A stretch of DNA of 32,000 bases from Candidatus Saccharimonadota bacterium (GCA_963706795.1 OY970170.1:1050001-1082000), one strand, 5' to 3'. Positions 19,259-30,428 are shown, numbered from the stretch's first letter. A program made the numbers and translations. The notes: a model not told the origin generated them from the letters alone.

Positions 19259-20797
19259 ATGGACCAGTCTCTTTCCCCACTCTCGCTCACACGGCTTTGG
19301 CTCTTCAACTTGGCCCTTCTTGTTATATATGTAACTGGAATTGTTGGTTTACCCTTCTTGAAGTCATCAGTACTCGAGTATCAGAACGTAAAATCTGATC
19401 CTTTCGACGGTACTATTTATCCTCTCAAGTTCGTTCCGAATTGGCTGGATTCTAAATATTCCGACAAATCGATTCGTTTTGAGAATATTCCAGTTGCTGA
19501 TTTTATTGAGCTTCCGTATTACGATCCTGAGATTTTTGAGGATGAGACTGCAAAAGGCAAGATCGCACTTCTCCAGCGAATGACCTACATCACGCCATAC
19601 ATGGGGAGTTATCGCATGAATTTTAAAGAATATGATGGATCACATCTTGGTGTCGATATCCGTGCTCCTCTCGGAACTCCAGTACTCGCGATCGCAAATG
19701 GTGTTGTGACTAAAGTAAATCTCAGCAATGGCGGTGATGGAATCTACGTAACGATCCGTCATGATGGCGTGAGCTTCAATGGTCAGCCAAAGCAGTCATA
19801 CTATTCAAGCTATCTCCACCTCGAGTCTGCATCAGTTACTGAGGGTACAAAAATATCTAAGTGACAAGTACTTGGTAAGGTTGGAATGTCGGGCGTAACT
19901 ACTACACCACATCTTCATTTTCAGATTGATAAGGCAGATGCCCCGTTCCATGCGTATTGGCCGTATACCTTTAGGGATGCACAAGATCTCGGACTCGATT
20001 TCTTTGATGCGGTTAACGTAGGGCTTGGTAAAGAAAACGCTATTAAATATACCGTTCATCCACTCGATTTTGTCCAAGATCTCTCAGATGGTCAGGGACA
20101 AGAAGCACCTATCGTGCCAGATGTGAAGGTCGCAGCTGGAGGCTCAAATGGTGCGCCCCAGACTATTGTGACAGGTGTTGTTGTCACTCCAAAACCTACC
20201 ACGCCTACCGTCGTAGTTCCACCACTCAATGCTGCGCCAGATCTCGACAGTAAGCCACCGGTGAGTCCTATTGTTGCAGTCAAGCCAACCGTTCCGGATG
20301 GCCAGGCATTTAGAGATATTGGACGTAATTCAGTCTATTTTACAGCTACAAAATATCTCAAAGACAGTGGAGTTTCACAAGGATATGATGATGCGACCTT
20401 CCGTCCTGATACTCGAATGACTCGCCGTGATGCAGTCATTCTCCTCGCACGTACATTTGGTATTGAGGCACAGGCGGGCGCAGAGAGCACATTTCCTGAT
20501 GTTCCAAAGACTGATTCTGCAAATGGGTATATTGCCGCACTTAAAGCGAAGGGCGTTATCCAAGGATCATTTGTTTTCCGTCCAGATGACATCATCACAA
20601 AGACAGAATTCGCAAATCTCGTAGTTCGACTTTCGGGCGATCAGGTCTCAACAACAACACGTATTCCTCAGGATGTTGCGACACTGAGTTATTTCTCAAG
20701 CAAGAGCGGATATCGAGTAACAAGATTTCAATCAAATATTGCTGTAACTCGTGGTGAAGGAGCTCGAATGCTCTATATGTGGAAAAATCAGAGCTAA
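19259..20797 (+). CDS. M23-family metallopeptidase with N-terminal membrane anchor, Pro/Thr linker and C-terminal SLH (S-layer homology) repeats
   Basis: Fragments 19259-19864 and 19886-20797 are in frame. TGA 19862 is the Gly of TKISK[G]QVLGKVG. M23 metal motifs are GSHLGVDIRAP and TTTPHLHFQI. SLH-like repeats from about nt 20309 are FRDIGRNSVYFTATKYLKDSGVSQGYDDATFRPDTRMTRRDAVILLARTFG and FPDVPKTDSANGYIAALKAKGVIQGSFVFRPDDIITKTEFANLVVRL. Confidence 0.9.
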
Positions 20798-20828
20798 TCC
20801 TAGGCCTGATTACGAAATAGTTTTCCCA

Positions 20829-20858
20829 AAAATCCCCTCGCAATTGCGAGGGGATTTT
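20829..20858 (+). terminator. Rho-independent terminator (perfect 15-bp palindrome)
   Basis: aaaatcccctcgcaa|ttgcgaggggatttt lies 32 nt after stop 20795-20797. Confidence 0.85.
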
Positions 20859-20881
20859 GTATACTTCCGCCAACAAAAACT

Positions 20882-23080
20882 ATGCTCAATTCCGAACAAC
20901 AAAAGGCTGTCAATCACATTGACGGACCGCTTCTTATTCTCGCTGGTGCAGGTGCCGGCAAGACTCATACACTCACAGAACGTGTGGGCTATTTGGTTAT
21001 GGAAGTCTGAATTCCACCTGAGAGTATTCTTTGTGTAACCTTCACCAATAAGGCTGCCAAAGAAATGCGCGAACGAACTGCCCGCAAACTCGGTATGGAA
21101 ATGTGAAGTGTGAATCCGTATCGCCAAGCCGGAATCCCAATGGTCGGGACATTTCACTCCGTGGGTGTGTATTTTCTGCGTCTATTCATTGACCGCATTG
21201 GGTATTCAAAAAGCTTTGTCATTTTTGATGAAGATGACAAAATCCGACTGCTTAAAGATATTCTCAAAGCTCAAAACGTAGATGATAAAGAGGTCCCACC
21301 ACGTCAGGTTGTCGGGATGATTTCGAGCGCAAAAAACGAAGGAATCACGCCTTCCGAATTTCGCAGATCGGCAGACAGCTACATCAAGTCGATCGTAGCT
21401 GCCGTCTACGGTGAATACGAAAAGCGCATGAAAGAGGCAAATGCGCTCGATTTTGATGATATTCTTCTCAAGGTATACGAAGTTCTCCAAGTGCCTGAAG
21501 TAAAGGATTATTTCCATAATCGATTTCAGTATGTCATGGTCGACGAGTATCAGGACACAAACGAAATCCAATACCGCATCATCGGACTTCTCGCCGAAAA
21601 ATCCCGAAATCTTGCGGTAGTTGGTGATGACTGGCAGGGGATTTATAGCTGGCGTGGAGCGAATATTCGCAATATTCTCCATTTCGAAAAAGACTATCCC
21701 GATGCCAAAGTCGTCAAACTCGAAGAAAACTACCGTTCCACCAAAACCGTCATTGAGGCTGCAAACGCACTCATCAAAAACAATAAAGAAGCCCTCGATA
21801 AAACGCTCTGGACCGGCAACGAACAAGGTGAAAAAATCATCGAACTCGAAACCTCTGACGAAAAAGAAGAATCCCGCGAAATGATTAACTTCATCCAAAA
21901 TGATGTGGATGACAAGGGAGGGAAGTATGCTGATTGGGCAATTCTCTACCGCACGAATAGTCAGTCACGACTCATCGAAGAATCACTCATTCGTAAAAAT
22001 ATTCCCTACCGCGTCTACGGCGGAGTAAAGTTTTATGAGCGCAAAGAAATCAAAGACATTCTTGCATACCTACGTCTCATTTTTAATCCTGCAGACATCG
22101 CGAGTCTCGCTCGTATTATCAATGTTCCAAGTCGAAAACTTGGTGATAAATCAGTCTGAGATCTCACAGAATTTATGGCCCGCTACAGCCTCGATTTCGC
22201 CACTGCTATCCAACGCGGCCTCCAAGAAAATGCCTTCGGCTCAGTAGCTATGCGAGGATTTGAATGATTCTTGAGTCTCTATAACGGACTCCAAGAATTC
22301 TCCATGACCAAATGAGTCCGCGAAACACTCGAAGAAGTCATCAAACGCGTAAAATACGTGGATTATCTCCAAGCTGAATACTCCAAAGAAGAATCTGAAG
22401 GAAAAGAAGAAAATCTCCGAGAATTTGCCAATATGGCCTCACGCTATGATGGTCTTGAACCTCGCGAAGCCCTCTCAATGTTCCTCGAAGACATTGCTCT
22501 GATCACGGATTCTGATCGTGAAGAAAAAGGCGAAAACCTCGTCTCACTCATGACTATTCACCTCGCCAAAGGCCTCGAGTTTAAAAATGTAATTATCGCC
22601 GGTGCCGAAGAAGGTGTCTTCCCACATTCACGCTCTCTCCAAGATAGCAAACAGCTCGAAGAAGAGCGTCGACTCATGTATGTTGCCCTTACTCGAGCCA
22701 AAAAGACACTCTTCATCACCCGAGCCCGAGAGCGCTATAGCTTTGGTACATATAGTGCCAATCCACGCTCCAGATTTATCAAAGAAATCCCCGAACACCT
22801 TCTCGAGAGCAAGCGAGTCGAGCCAGAGTACCGATTTGGTTCAATGTTCAGCTCATCTACTTTTGGTACTTCTGCAACTTCTACCAAGCCACAAACGAGA
22901 TCCATCAAAGAACACATCCCAGGAGAATTCTCCCTCGGCAACCGCGTTCGTCATCCCCAATTCGGTGAAGGCATGATTGTTAGCATCCGCGATGACATCG
23001 CCGAAATTGCATTCGGAGGCCTCTACAAAGGCATCAAGAAACTCAATATTCGTATTGCACCGCTTGAGAAGATTGGGTAG
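20882..23080 (+). CDS. pcrA: ATP-dependent DNA helicase, UvrD/PcrA family (732 aa)
   Basis: From ATG 20882: [42 protein letters not shown][G][22 protein letters not shown]. Fragments 21110-22159 and 22358-23080 are in the same frame. In-frame TGA lie at 21008, 21104, 22157, 22265 and 22313, each checked codon by codon. Motifs present: [31 protein letters not shown] and [13 protein letters not shown]. Confidence 0.9.
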
Positions 23081-24574
23081 TTATCTCCCATACAACTCCA
23101 TCACAAATGACTCAGCATCGAGTCATTTTTTGATACGTTCAAAATGGTAAGTGAGTTTCCTTTCTATGAGATCATTATTGAGGAAGGTATTCCCAAGAAC
23201 CGTCCAAAATCGGTACGCAATCTTTGGATCGAGGCGGTGGAGAAAATTGCAGTAGAGCTCTTGTTTGCCAGCGAGGAAATCAGAGAGATCATTGGCAAAA
23301 TATCGCTCGTCGATACGTGGATTTGCAGTGGTATTTTCACGGACAAAACCCTGATGTCCGAAGCTCCAGCTATAGTGTCGAACTTCGGTTGATCAGGTTG
23401 GACCATATGCTATCTCAATGCAATAGGTTCGATCAGGATTGCGGAGCACGATGTGCTTGAGGTTGTCATAGACATCTGCCAGCTTCGTAGGTAAAAATTT
23501 CGCATTTAGGGCTTCTATAATGCCGTTTTCCTGTACTTCAAAATCGTACTTATCATGTGAAAGTGGACTATTTTGGCGTTCAAAAATAGCAGTATGTTCG
23601 AGATTTCGGACAGTCTGTTTTTGGATATGGAGTCCAGGAATAGTGCTCTTTACTTTTTGTATTCCAGAAGCTTCTAAAATGAGACTATTTCCGCCCGTGA
23701 GTCCGAAGACTTCAAATTTTTTGTGGTAGCGGCGTGCGGTCGATCGCTCGATTTCGGCAATTTCATCGAGTGGGAAGATTTTGGTGGCGGCGAGTTCGGG
23801 CGAGATTTGCTCGGGACACTGCATTCCTTGTCAGATGAGGGCGAGTGTAAATCCTGTGAGATCGCGAATATCGGGGTATTCAACAGCTTCGACTTCAAAT
23901 TTTTCGTATTGCCATTCGATCCATTCTTTGCGGGTGGCTCGGTACTGTTTTTCGTAGTTTTTTCGCTTTTCTGGTGCGATGTCGAGGATGCTGAGATTAC
24001 CCTCGAGTTCGTTGCGTGATGAGATGTAGAGACGTTGTTTGAAGGGCTTTTTATTAAAGAGTGCTGCCAACTTCTTTTGCTCTGCTGGGTCTTCGGGTGG
24101 GATAGTATCGATTTCAAAATAGGCACATGCATTTTCGTCCTCCACAAAGAGTGACATGACATCTTCTTCGTTGCCAATTTCCTCGTTTTCAAATATGAGC
24201 CCCGTGAGTTTTATGCCGTCGATTTCATAGGATGTGAGCTGCTTCAGTATCTCAATTTTTGTGTTCGGGAAATATTTTTGAATCACAGGAATCGTGTGCG
24301 CAAGCGTTTCCGCCAAAAGAAGAGTAGGGGATTGGTGTGCAAAAAGCTCACTCAAAAAGTATGGATCGAGGTGATCCAGATGCGAATGACTAATATATAC
24401 CACATCAATCTTTGGAAAAACATTCCAGTCAATCGTGATTTTTGGTGAGCGCTCCATGAGGTCAGCGACCGAAAAACCAGAAAGCCACGCATCCAGCAAA
24501 ATGCGGACGGTGCGTGATTTTCCTGAAGCTTCGATGAGGCATTCGGTATGTCCGAGTGAATGAATCTGTAACAT
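23081..24574 (-). CDS. MBL-fold metallo-hydrolase with a long C-terminal extension of unknown function (497 aa)
   Basis: Fragments 23831-24574 and 23393-23824 plus a hand-translated tail (TGA at 23831, 23393, 23123) form one frame ending at TAA 23081-23083. The HxHxDH motif is VVYISHSHLDHLD. The stop abuts the pcrA stop with no spacer. Confidence 0.75.
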
Positions 24575-24828
24575 TATTTCGTGCCGCTTATATCAGTTGG
24601 AAGCCCCTGAAGACTGCTCGTCATATTTCCAGTCAGCCCCTTTGTCATCTCAAAAATGGCTTCTGGGTGGAGATAGAGCCAGAATGTGCTTGCAATGAGG
24701 AAGAATCTCCAAATCCATTTCCAGACTCGAGACCAGCGTCGGTCGCTTTCTCACTTTTTGAGTTCTTCGTAGATGTAGTCGAGTTTTTCGTCATTCGTGA
24801 GCGTGTATTCGATATGTGATCCAAACAT
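24574..24828 (-). CDS. Small membrane protein (84 aa)
   Basis: Hand translation gives MFGSHIEYTLTNDEKLDYIYEELKK[G]ESDRRWSRVWKWIWRFFLIASTFWLYLHPEAIFEMTKGLTGNMTSSLQGLPTDISGTK. The stop overlaps the MBL start (TAATG). The start is 9 nt after the permease stop. Track ORF 24556-24819(+) is its antisense shadow. Confidence 0.5.
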
Positions 24829-24837
24829 GGGAGAGAT

Positions 24838-26223
24838 TTATTGGGTAATGCGCATCATTTTTTTCTGCCAGTGACGATTGAGGAGGAGCGGAATAATCCC
24901 AATCGCAATTCCGCCTAATCCTACAATATTCGTGATCATATCAAAGTCTGGAATGCTATAAATCGCCACAAAAAACAAAAATCCACCACTGAGCGTCGGC
25001 CAAATAATATGTGTAATCGATGGCCAGATTTTACCAGTAATCATCTTGCGATAGTGCCACGCACAGGCAAATCCCGTCAGTCCCAAATAAAATGAAATCT
25101 GATATCCGAGGGCAGCAATCGACTTCGCAAGAATGTCATTAATGGTCGGTAAATATGATGAAGCAAATAAGAGAACCAGCCCTGCGAGCCAAATAAAAAT
25201 GATCGCAATATAGGGTGTTTTCCACTTTGGATGCAGCTTGGAATATCGAGGATGAAGCGCTCCATCTCTTCCTTTTGCAAAGAGTGTTCGAGTAAACTGA
25301 AGTATCTGAGTTTCTACGGTTCCAACTGTGCTGAGGAGTACCGCAATAATCGCGATATATCCCCAAGTCTGTCCAAAAAGTTTCTCAGCGATCGCAAAGA
25401 TAATATTGGTATTATAGTGCTGAATCTCTGCATCCGTGAGCATTGCGAGTGTCAGTGTGATAAAAATCAAAAAGAAGGCGATCAAAAATATCATCGACCA
25501 AAATGCAGCTCGCCCTGGAGTTTTATTTGGATCTTTCGTTTCTTCGCTGAGGTTCATTGTGACATCCCAGCCATAATAGAAAAAGATCCCAATCAGCGCA
25601 CTACTCGCAAAAAGCGTCGGAGAAAAGCTGAATGGTGAAAACCATGACCACGAAAACGGATGTGCCGTCAAAGTCGGGAATATCATGAAACTCTTCACGA
25701 TCACGGCGAGCAAAATAAGTCACTCGACTGCTGTCATGGCGATCTGAGCGTAGCTCGTGAGCTTCACTCATTTTACAACGATGATACTGATGGCGGTGAG
25801 CCAGAGAGCAGCTATTGCAGTAACCCAATTCACATTATTCATGAGATCAGGATTGAGTATGAGAAGCGTCGCATTGGCAGCTGGCACCATCGCGGACACC
25901 ATAAAAATACAACAGAGTACCAAGAGTGCCCAACCTGCAAAAAATCCTGCCGTCTTCCCAAAAATCATACTCACCCACGAATACGAAGTCCCTGCATTCG
26001 CTGAGATTTTATTGAGATTAATAAACGCGAATGTAATCCCAAACATAATAATCCCACACACCAAAATCGTTGCCGGCGAGAGCAGGCCAGCTGTAGCCAC
26101 AAGTGTTGAAGTTGTGATCTCGATACTATACGCTGGCGCAGTACCGGCGATTCACATGACGATGGATTCTCAAATTCCAAGAGTTCAGGCTGCAAGACCT
26201 CCCGTGGTTCATGGCTTTTTCAT
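24838..26223 (-). CDS. APC-superfamily amino acid permease (461 aa)
   Basis: Fragments 25768-26100 and 24838-25713 are in frame, and the linker 25714-25767 translates as [G]VKLTSYAQIAMTAVE[G]LY. The N-terminus from ATG 26223 is MKKP[G]TTGGLAA[G]TLGI[G]ESIVM[G]IAGTAPAYSIEITTSTLVATAG. The protein is hydrophobic throughout, with about 12 predicted helices. Confidence 0.85.
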
Positions 26224-26260
26224 AAAAATGCGCAGAAAGGAATAAGACCGTTCTGCGCAT
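26224..26260 (-). terminator. Terminator-like hairpin between the malic enzyme and permease genes
   Basis: The minus strand reads ATGCGCAGAA-(13 nt loop)-TTCTGCGCAT-TTTT, followed immediately by the permease ATG (26223). Confidence 0.5.
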
Positions 26261-26283
26261 AATAATTGTTTTTGAGCTTTGTG

Positions 26284-27420
26284 CTAGTCCATCATGGCCT
26301 TGGCAACGATATCTACTACAGATTTATCGAGTGCATTTGGGATAACCATATCAGCGGTTGGATTGACCACTGCGCTCGCAAGTGCTTCAGCTGCTTTGAG
26401 CTTCATTTCGTCTGTGATTTTTTTCTTACCGCTCGCGAGTACTCCCTTAAATATTCCAGGGAAGGCGAGTACATTGTTGATCTGATTTGGCATGTCAGAG
26501 CGTCCGGTTCCGACGATTGCTGCACCTCCAGCCTTGGCTTCATCAGGCATGATTTCAGGAGTGGGATTCGCCATTCCAAAAATAATTGCATCCTTATTCA
26601 TCTTTGCTACGTCATGTCGGTCAAGGACACCAGGAGCCGAAACTCCAATAAAGACGTCCGCTCCAACAATGACTTCTTTGAGAGTTCCATCAATATTCTC
26701 AAGATTGGTAAACGAGAGAAGTGATTTCTTTGCGTCATCAATATCCGTGCGGTTTTTAGAGAGCGCACCCTTTGAGTCACAGGCGATGATATGCTTCACT
26801 CCATAGAGACTCAAAAGCTTCATAACAGCGGTTCCTGCAGCGCCTGGTCCTGAGAGAACCACTTTGATATCTTCTTTGTTCTTACCAACTACTTTGAGTG
26901 CATTAATCAGTCCAGCAAGCGTCACAATCGCAGTTCCGTGCTGATCGTCGTGCATCACTGGAATATCGAGCTCAGCCTTAAGACGTTCCTCGATCTCAAA
27001 ACATTTTGGCGAAGCAATATCCTCGAGATTGATTCCGCCAAATGTTGGAGCAATTGCCTTTACCGCGGCAATAATTCCCTCTACATCATGGACATCCAAC
27101 ACGATTGGAAATGCATCGAGCCCAGCAAATTCCTTAAAAAGTACGCACTTTCCTTCCATAACAGGAAGTGCGGCCTCAGGTCCAATATTCCCAAGTCCAA
27201 GAACCGCACTTCCGTCTGAAATAACGGCAACAGTGCGGCCTTTGAGTGTGTAGTCATAGACCTTTGATTTGTCCTTGGCGATCTCACGACATGGCTCGGC
27301 AACTCCAGGTGAATAGGCGAGTGAGAGATCATCTCGTGTTTCAACCTTCATGCGTGTGTTCGTCTCAAGTTTTCCTTGATAAAGCTTGTGCACACGAAGA
27401 CTTTCTGCGTAGTAATCCAT
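26284..27420 (-). CDS. NAD(P)-dependent malic enzyme (short form, about 378 aa)
   Basis: The ORF is uninterrupted with a TAG stop: MDYYAESLRVHKLYQGKLETNTRMKVETRDDLSLAYSPGVAEPCREIAKD...VISDGSAVLGLGNIGPEAALPVMEGKCVLFKEFAG...GINLEDIASPKCFEIE...SGPGAAGTAV. Start 27420 (MDYYAE) is preferred to the track start 27447. Confidence 0.9.
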   Translation of the reverse strand: MDYYAESLRVHKLYQGKLETNTRMKVETRDDLSLAYSPGVAEPCREIAKDKSKVYDYTLKGRTVAVISDGSAVLGLGNIGPEAALPVMEGKCVLFKEFAGLDAFPIVLDVHDVEGIIAAVKAIAPTFGGINLEDIASPKCFEIEERLKAELDIPVMHDDQHGTAIVTLAGLINALKVVGKNKEDIKVVLSGPGAAGTAVMKLLSLYGVKHIIACDSKGALSKNRTDIDDAKKSLLSFTNLENIDGTLKEVIVGADVFIGVSAPGVLDRHDVAKMNKDAIIFGMANPTPEIMPDEAKAGGAAIVGTGRSDMPNQINNVLAFPGIFKGVLASGKKKITDEMKLKAAEALASAVVNPTADMVIPNALDKSVVDIVAKAMMD

Positions 27421-27537
27421 AGTTTTTAAAATTAAATAACTGCGCATTATATCGTTTCGGCACCGGAGTCAAAAAAGTATTTCCAAGTCGGAGTAATCCC
27501 TTATACTTGCCACATCTACCAAATTTTCGCTCTTCGC

Positions 27538-28053
27538 ATGAATTCATCAGACTTGTTTCGTGGGTGTTCGAGTACGTACTATGACTTTTTTGGAAATTGT
27601 TCGACAGTCATGAGTTTGCCAGGGACTTCAGGCATTTTCGGTGGTACAGCCTGTATCTATGGCGGCCTGATTTCAGAATATAAGCTTCCGCTCCGTATCT
27701 ATGTAGGGATTGAACGGACTACAGCCCCACTTTCTCTTGGCGAATACTATCAGTATATATCTAAGTCAGAAAGATTTGAGATAATTAATACTCAGGACAG
27801 TTTCGTAGTACCTGATGAGCAATTTATTACTGAACTCACTCGTCTTTTTCCAGATTTTCGAGGTAAAATCCGAATTCTTTCTGAGGTTTCCTGAAAGATG
27901 ACCGATGCAGTTTCGCTGCTTACTCTTCTCTGTATTGAAAAGGAGCTCGGAATAACGACTGATGGCATGATTGAGGCGCTCGCAAGACTCCGGTTTCGAA
28001 GCTTGGTGATGATCCCATCTTTTCTGATCTCATTCAAAAAACTACGAGACTAA
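27538..28053 (+). CDS. Hypothetical protein (171 aa), no recognisable domain
   Basis: Track ORF 27538-27894 reads through TGA 27892 to TAA 28051-28053 (...ILSEVS[G]KMTDAVSLLTLLCIEKELGITTDGMIEALARLRF...). Confidence 0.5.
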
Positions 28054-28055
28054 GA

Positions 28056-29339
28056 GTGCATTTTAATGCAGAGACTAAAGGGCGCTCGAGTATGTCTTCG
28101 ATTTTTGCGAGTATTTCAAATGGTGGACTTCCAATCGCGCATATGAGCGAGGCAAATATTCCTCTCGTGAGCAAAGATGACCTCATAGCGAGCAATCCAA
28201 CGAAACGTAAGTATTTCTCAAAGTCACTCTCTGAGTTTAGTGTACTACAGTCAAATGACATGCCGTTTGATGCCATCATTTTTCATATTTGAGATATCAA
28301 AAATCGCTATTGGTCAGGCATGATGACCAAATGGATGTCCGATGCATCTCGTATGCTCAAGCGAAAAGATATCCAAGAAGCTCTTCAAAATGGTAACTTT
28401 GTCGCTGGAAACGCAGAGTGAGATACCGATAATATTGATCTCATCACCAGTGTAATCACTGCTATTAATGCACACTCATTTGCGACACTTTCAACCCTTC
28501 GTGCCGCTATTGATGCTGAGGTGCCAACACGCGAGCTTTTTTTCTTCATCGAAAGAAACTATGAGTCTATCAAGACATTTCTTGGAAAATCCAATCTCTC
28601 ATATGACCAACGAAGCGCATATATTGTAGAATCCATCCCCGCGCTTATTGCATCGATTTTCCCTGGGATTACTCGAAGTGATTTTGCGATTTATCTCACC
28701 GGCATCTCTATCAATCTCGATATTGCAGTTTTCTTGCCCAAGGATTCGCCAAAGCTTTCTCTGGAATATATCAAACACAAAATCGAATCCCAATTTTGAC
28801 CCGAATCCCCAGTGAGCTGCTTCTTTTATAGCGCGAATGATAGCTATGGTATGAGCTGAATTCGCCAGGATTCAATATCTTCGTTTGATGTCTGATCACA
28901 AGGAAAAGATACCTATACACTCTTGGATATTTTCTCAAAAAAGACGCACTATGGCACTCAGTCAGAGCTTCTACAAAAATTTTGAAAAACCTCGATTATT
29001 GCTGATGAAGACCGTGGTGTAATCCATGCTGGATGAGAAGAAGTCAACGCCAAGATGCTCTTTTCACAAAACTTTACGATCATGCTCTTTAAAACGATCG
29101 CGAAATCTACGGATTTCGTTGTCAAAAGTGCAGAATTACCGGTTTCGTCTTACTCAAAATCTCGCTCAGAATTCACCGGAAAGATCCTCGCGCCCCTCAA
29201 AAAGATATTTACCCAGGTCACCGGAAACGATCTCTATATTGAGTGCGTTGGCTCCCAAGATTTCCAGATCCGATTCCAAAAACAAGAGACTCTCGGCGGA
29301 ATTTACCTACTAAAACGCATACAAAAACCAAGAGCCTAA
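28056..29339 (+). CDS. Hypothetical protein (about 427 aa), no recognisable domain, UGA-rich
   Basis: Fragments 28056-28292, 28521-28799 and 29055-29339 share one frame. The intervening codons were translated by hand, with seven in-frame TGA (28290, 28419, 28797, 28857, 28893, 28983, 29034) and no TAA/TAG. The start is either GTG 28056 (2 nt after the upstream stop) or ATG 28092. Confidence 0.55.
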
Positions 29340-29383
29340 CGCTTTGATTTGCTCTATAATCGCGTCTCAATATCATAACAGCC

Positions 29384-29731
29384 ATGAATCTCCTCCAACT
29401 CATATTCGTCGTATCTGGTGTCATTATTTTTATATTGGCACTGGATATCTCGAGACGACAGAAATTCAACGCACTTCACTTCCTCGTTTTTTTGGGAGTA
29501 GGGGCTGGTCTTTTAGTCTTTACATTCTTCCCTGAATTTCTCAATACTATAGGTCGCATCTTTGGTCTCCCTCGTGGAGCTGATCTGCTCGTATATGTGA
29601 GCATTCTCTTCCTCATGTATTTTGTTCTACTTTTGCTCGCAAAGGCCGAAAAAAATCGTGAAGATATCACCAGACTCGTCCGTGAAGTGGCGATTCTCCA
29701 ATCCAAAATCAATGACAGCGAAAATAAATAA
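29384..29731 (+). CDS. DUF2304-family small membrane protein (115 aa), typically partnered with a GT2 glycosyltransferase
   Basis: MNLLQLIFVVSGVIIFILALDISRRQKFNALHFLVFLGVGAGLLVFTFFPEFLNTIGRIFGLPRGADLLVYVSILFLMYF... It contains the family-typical G-x-x-RGADLL-x-Y core and a coiled C-terminus. It overlaps the GT2 start by 21 nt. Confidence 0.75.
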   Translation: MNLLQLIFVVSGVIIFILALDISRRQKFNALHFLVFLGVGAGLLVFTFFPEFLNTIGRIFGLPRGADLLVYVSILFLMYFVLLLLAKAEKNREDITRLVREVAILQSKINDSENK

Positions 29732-30428
29732 GAGCGACATCATCTTTCTCATACGGGCCTACAACGAAGGGACCCGCATTTGAATCGTTATCGACTGAAT
29801 CATTAAAGCTGGCTACAAAAAAATTCTCGTCGTCAACGATGGATCCCGCGACAATACCGAAGAAATCGTCCGCACATACCCCAATGTCATCTACATAGCA
29901 CACCCTCAAAACCGCTGAGCTGGTGCCGCTCTCGAAACCGGATTTGAGTTCCTCAGACGCAATGCCGAAGCAATCGAAGTAAAATACGTCGTCACTTTTG
30001 ATGCCGATGGCCAGCATGCGATTACTGACATGCCAAAATTCCTCAAAGCCTTCGAAGTCGATCCACAGCTCGATATTGTCTTTGGCTCACGTTTTGTTAT
30101 CAAAACCGACTCCAATGTCCCATTCTTCCGCCGCATCATCCTCTGGGGAGGGAAGTGGTTTACATGGGCTATTTCGGGGATTAAACTCACCGATGCACAT
30201 AATGGGTACCGCATGCATACCATCGGTGCCATCCGCAAAATAATGCTCACCATGGACGGCATGGAATACGCATCCGAACTTATCGAACAAGTGCGTATCA
30301 ATGAGCTAAAATTTACTGAGGTTCCAGTGAATATCTTGTATGACGAATATACCATGAAGAAGGGGCAAAGGTACGGTGGAGCAATGAGAATCGCAGCGAG
30401 AATTATTTGGAAGAAATTTTTTGGATAG
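29711..30428 (+). pseudogene. Family 2 glycosyltransferase (Dpm1/polyprenol-phosphate GT-like) interrupted by a 1-nt frameshift at the DXD motif; either a pseudogene, a sequencing error or recoding
   Basis: From ATG 29711 (frame 2): MTAKINKSDIIFLIRAYNEGTRI[G]IVID[G]IIKAGYKKILVVNDGSRDNTEEIVRTYPNVIYIAHPQNR[G]AGAALETGFEF...KYVVTF. The homology then continues in frame 0 (NADGQHAITDMPKFLKAFEVDPQLDIVFGSRF..., track ORF 30030-30428). The sequence acttttgaatgccgatggc would read TFDADG if one A of gaat (29999-30002) were absent. Frame 2 itself runs into nonsense and stops at TAA 30182. Confidence 0.7.

Noticed and set aside
27604-27660. Possible GHMP-kinase motif (LPGTSGIFGGTA) in the 171-aa orphan.
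   Set aside because: Only partial identity to PxGSGLGSSAA, it lies too close to the N-terminus, and there are no other GHMP motifs. The protein is left as hypothetical.
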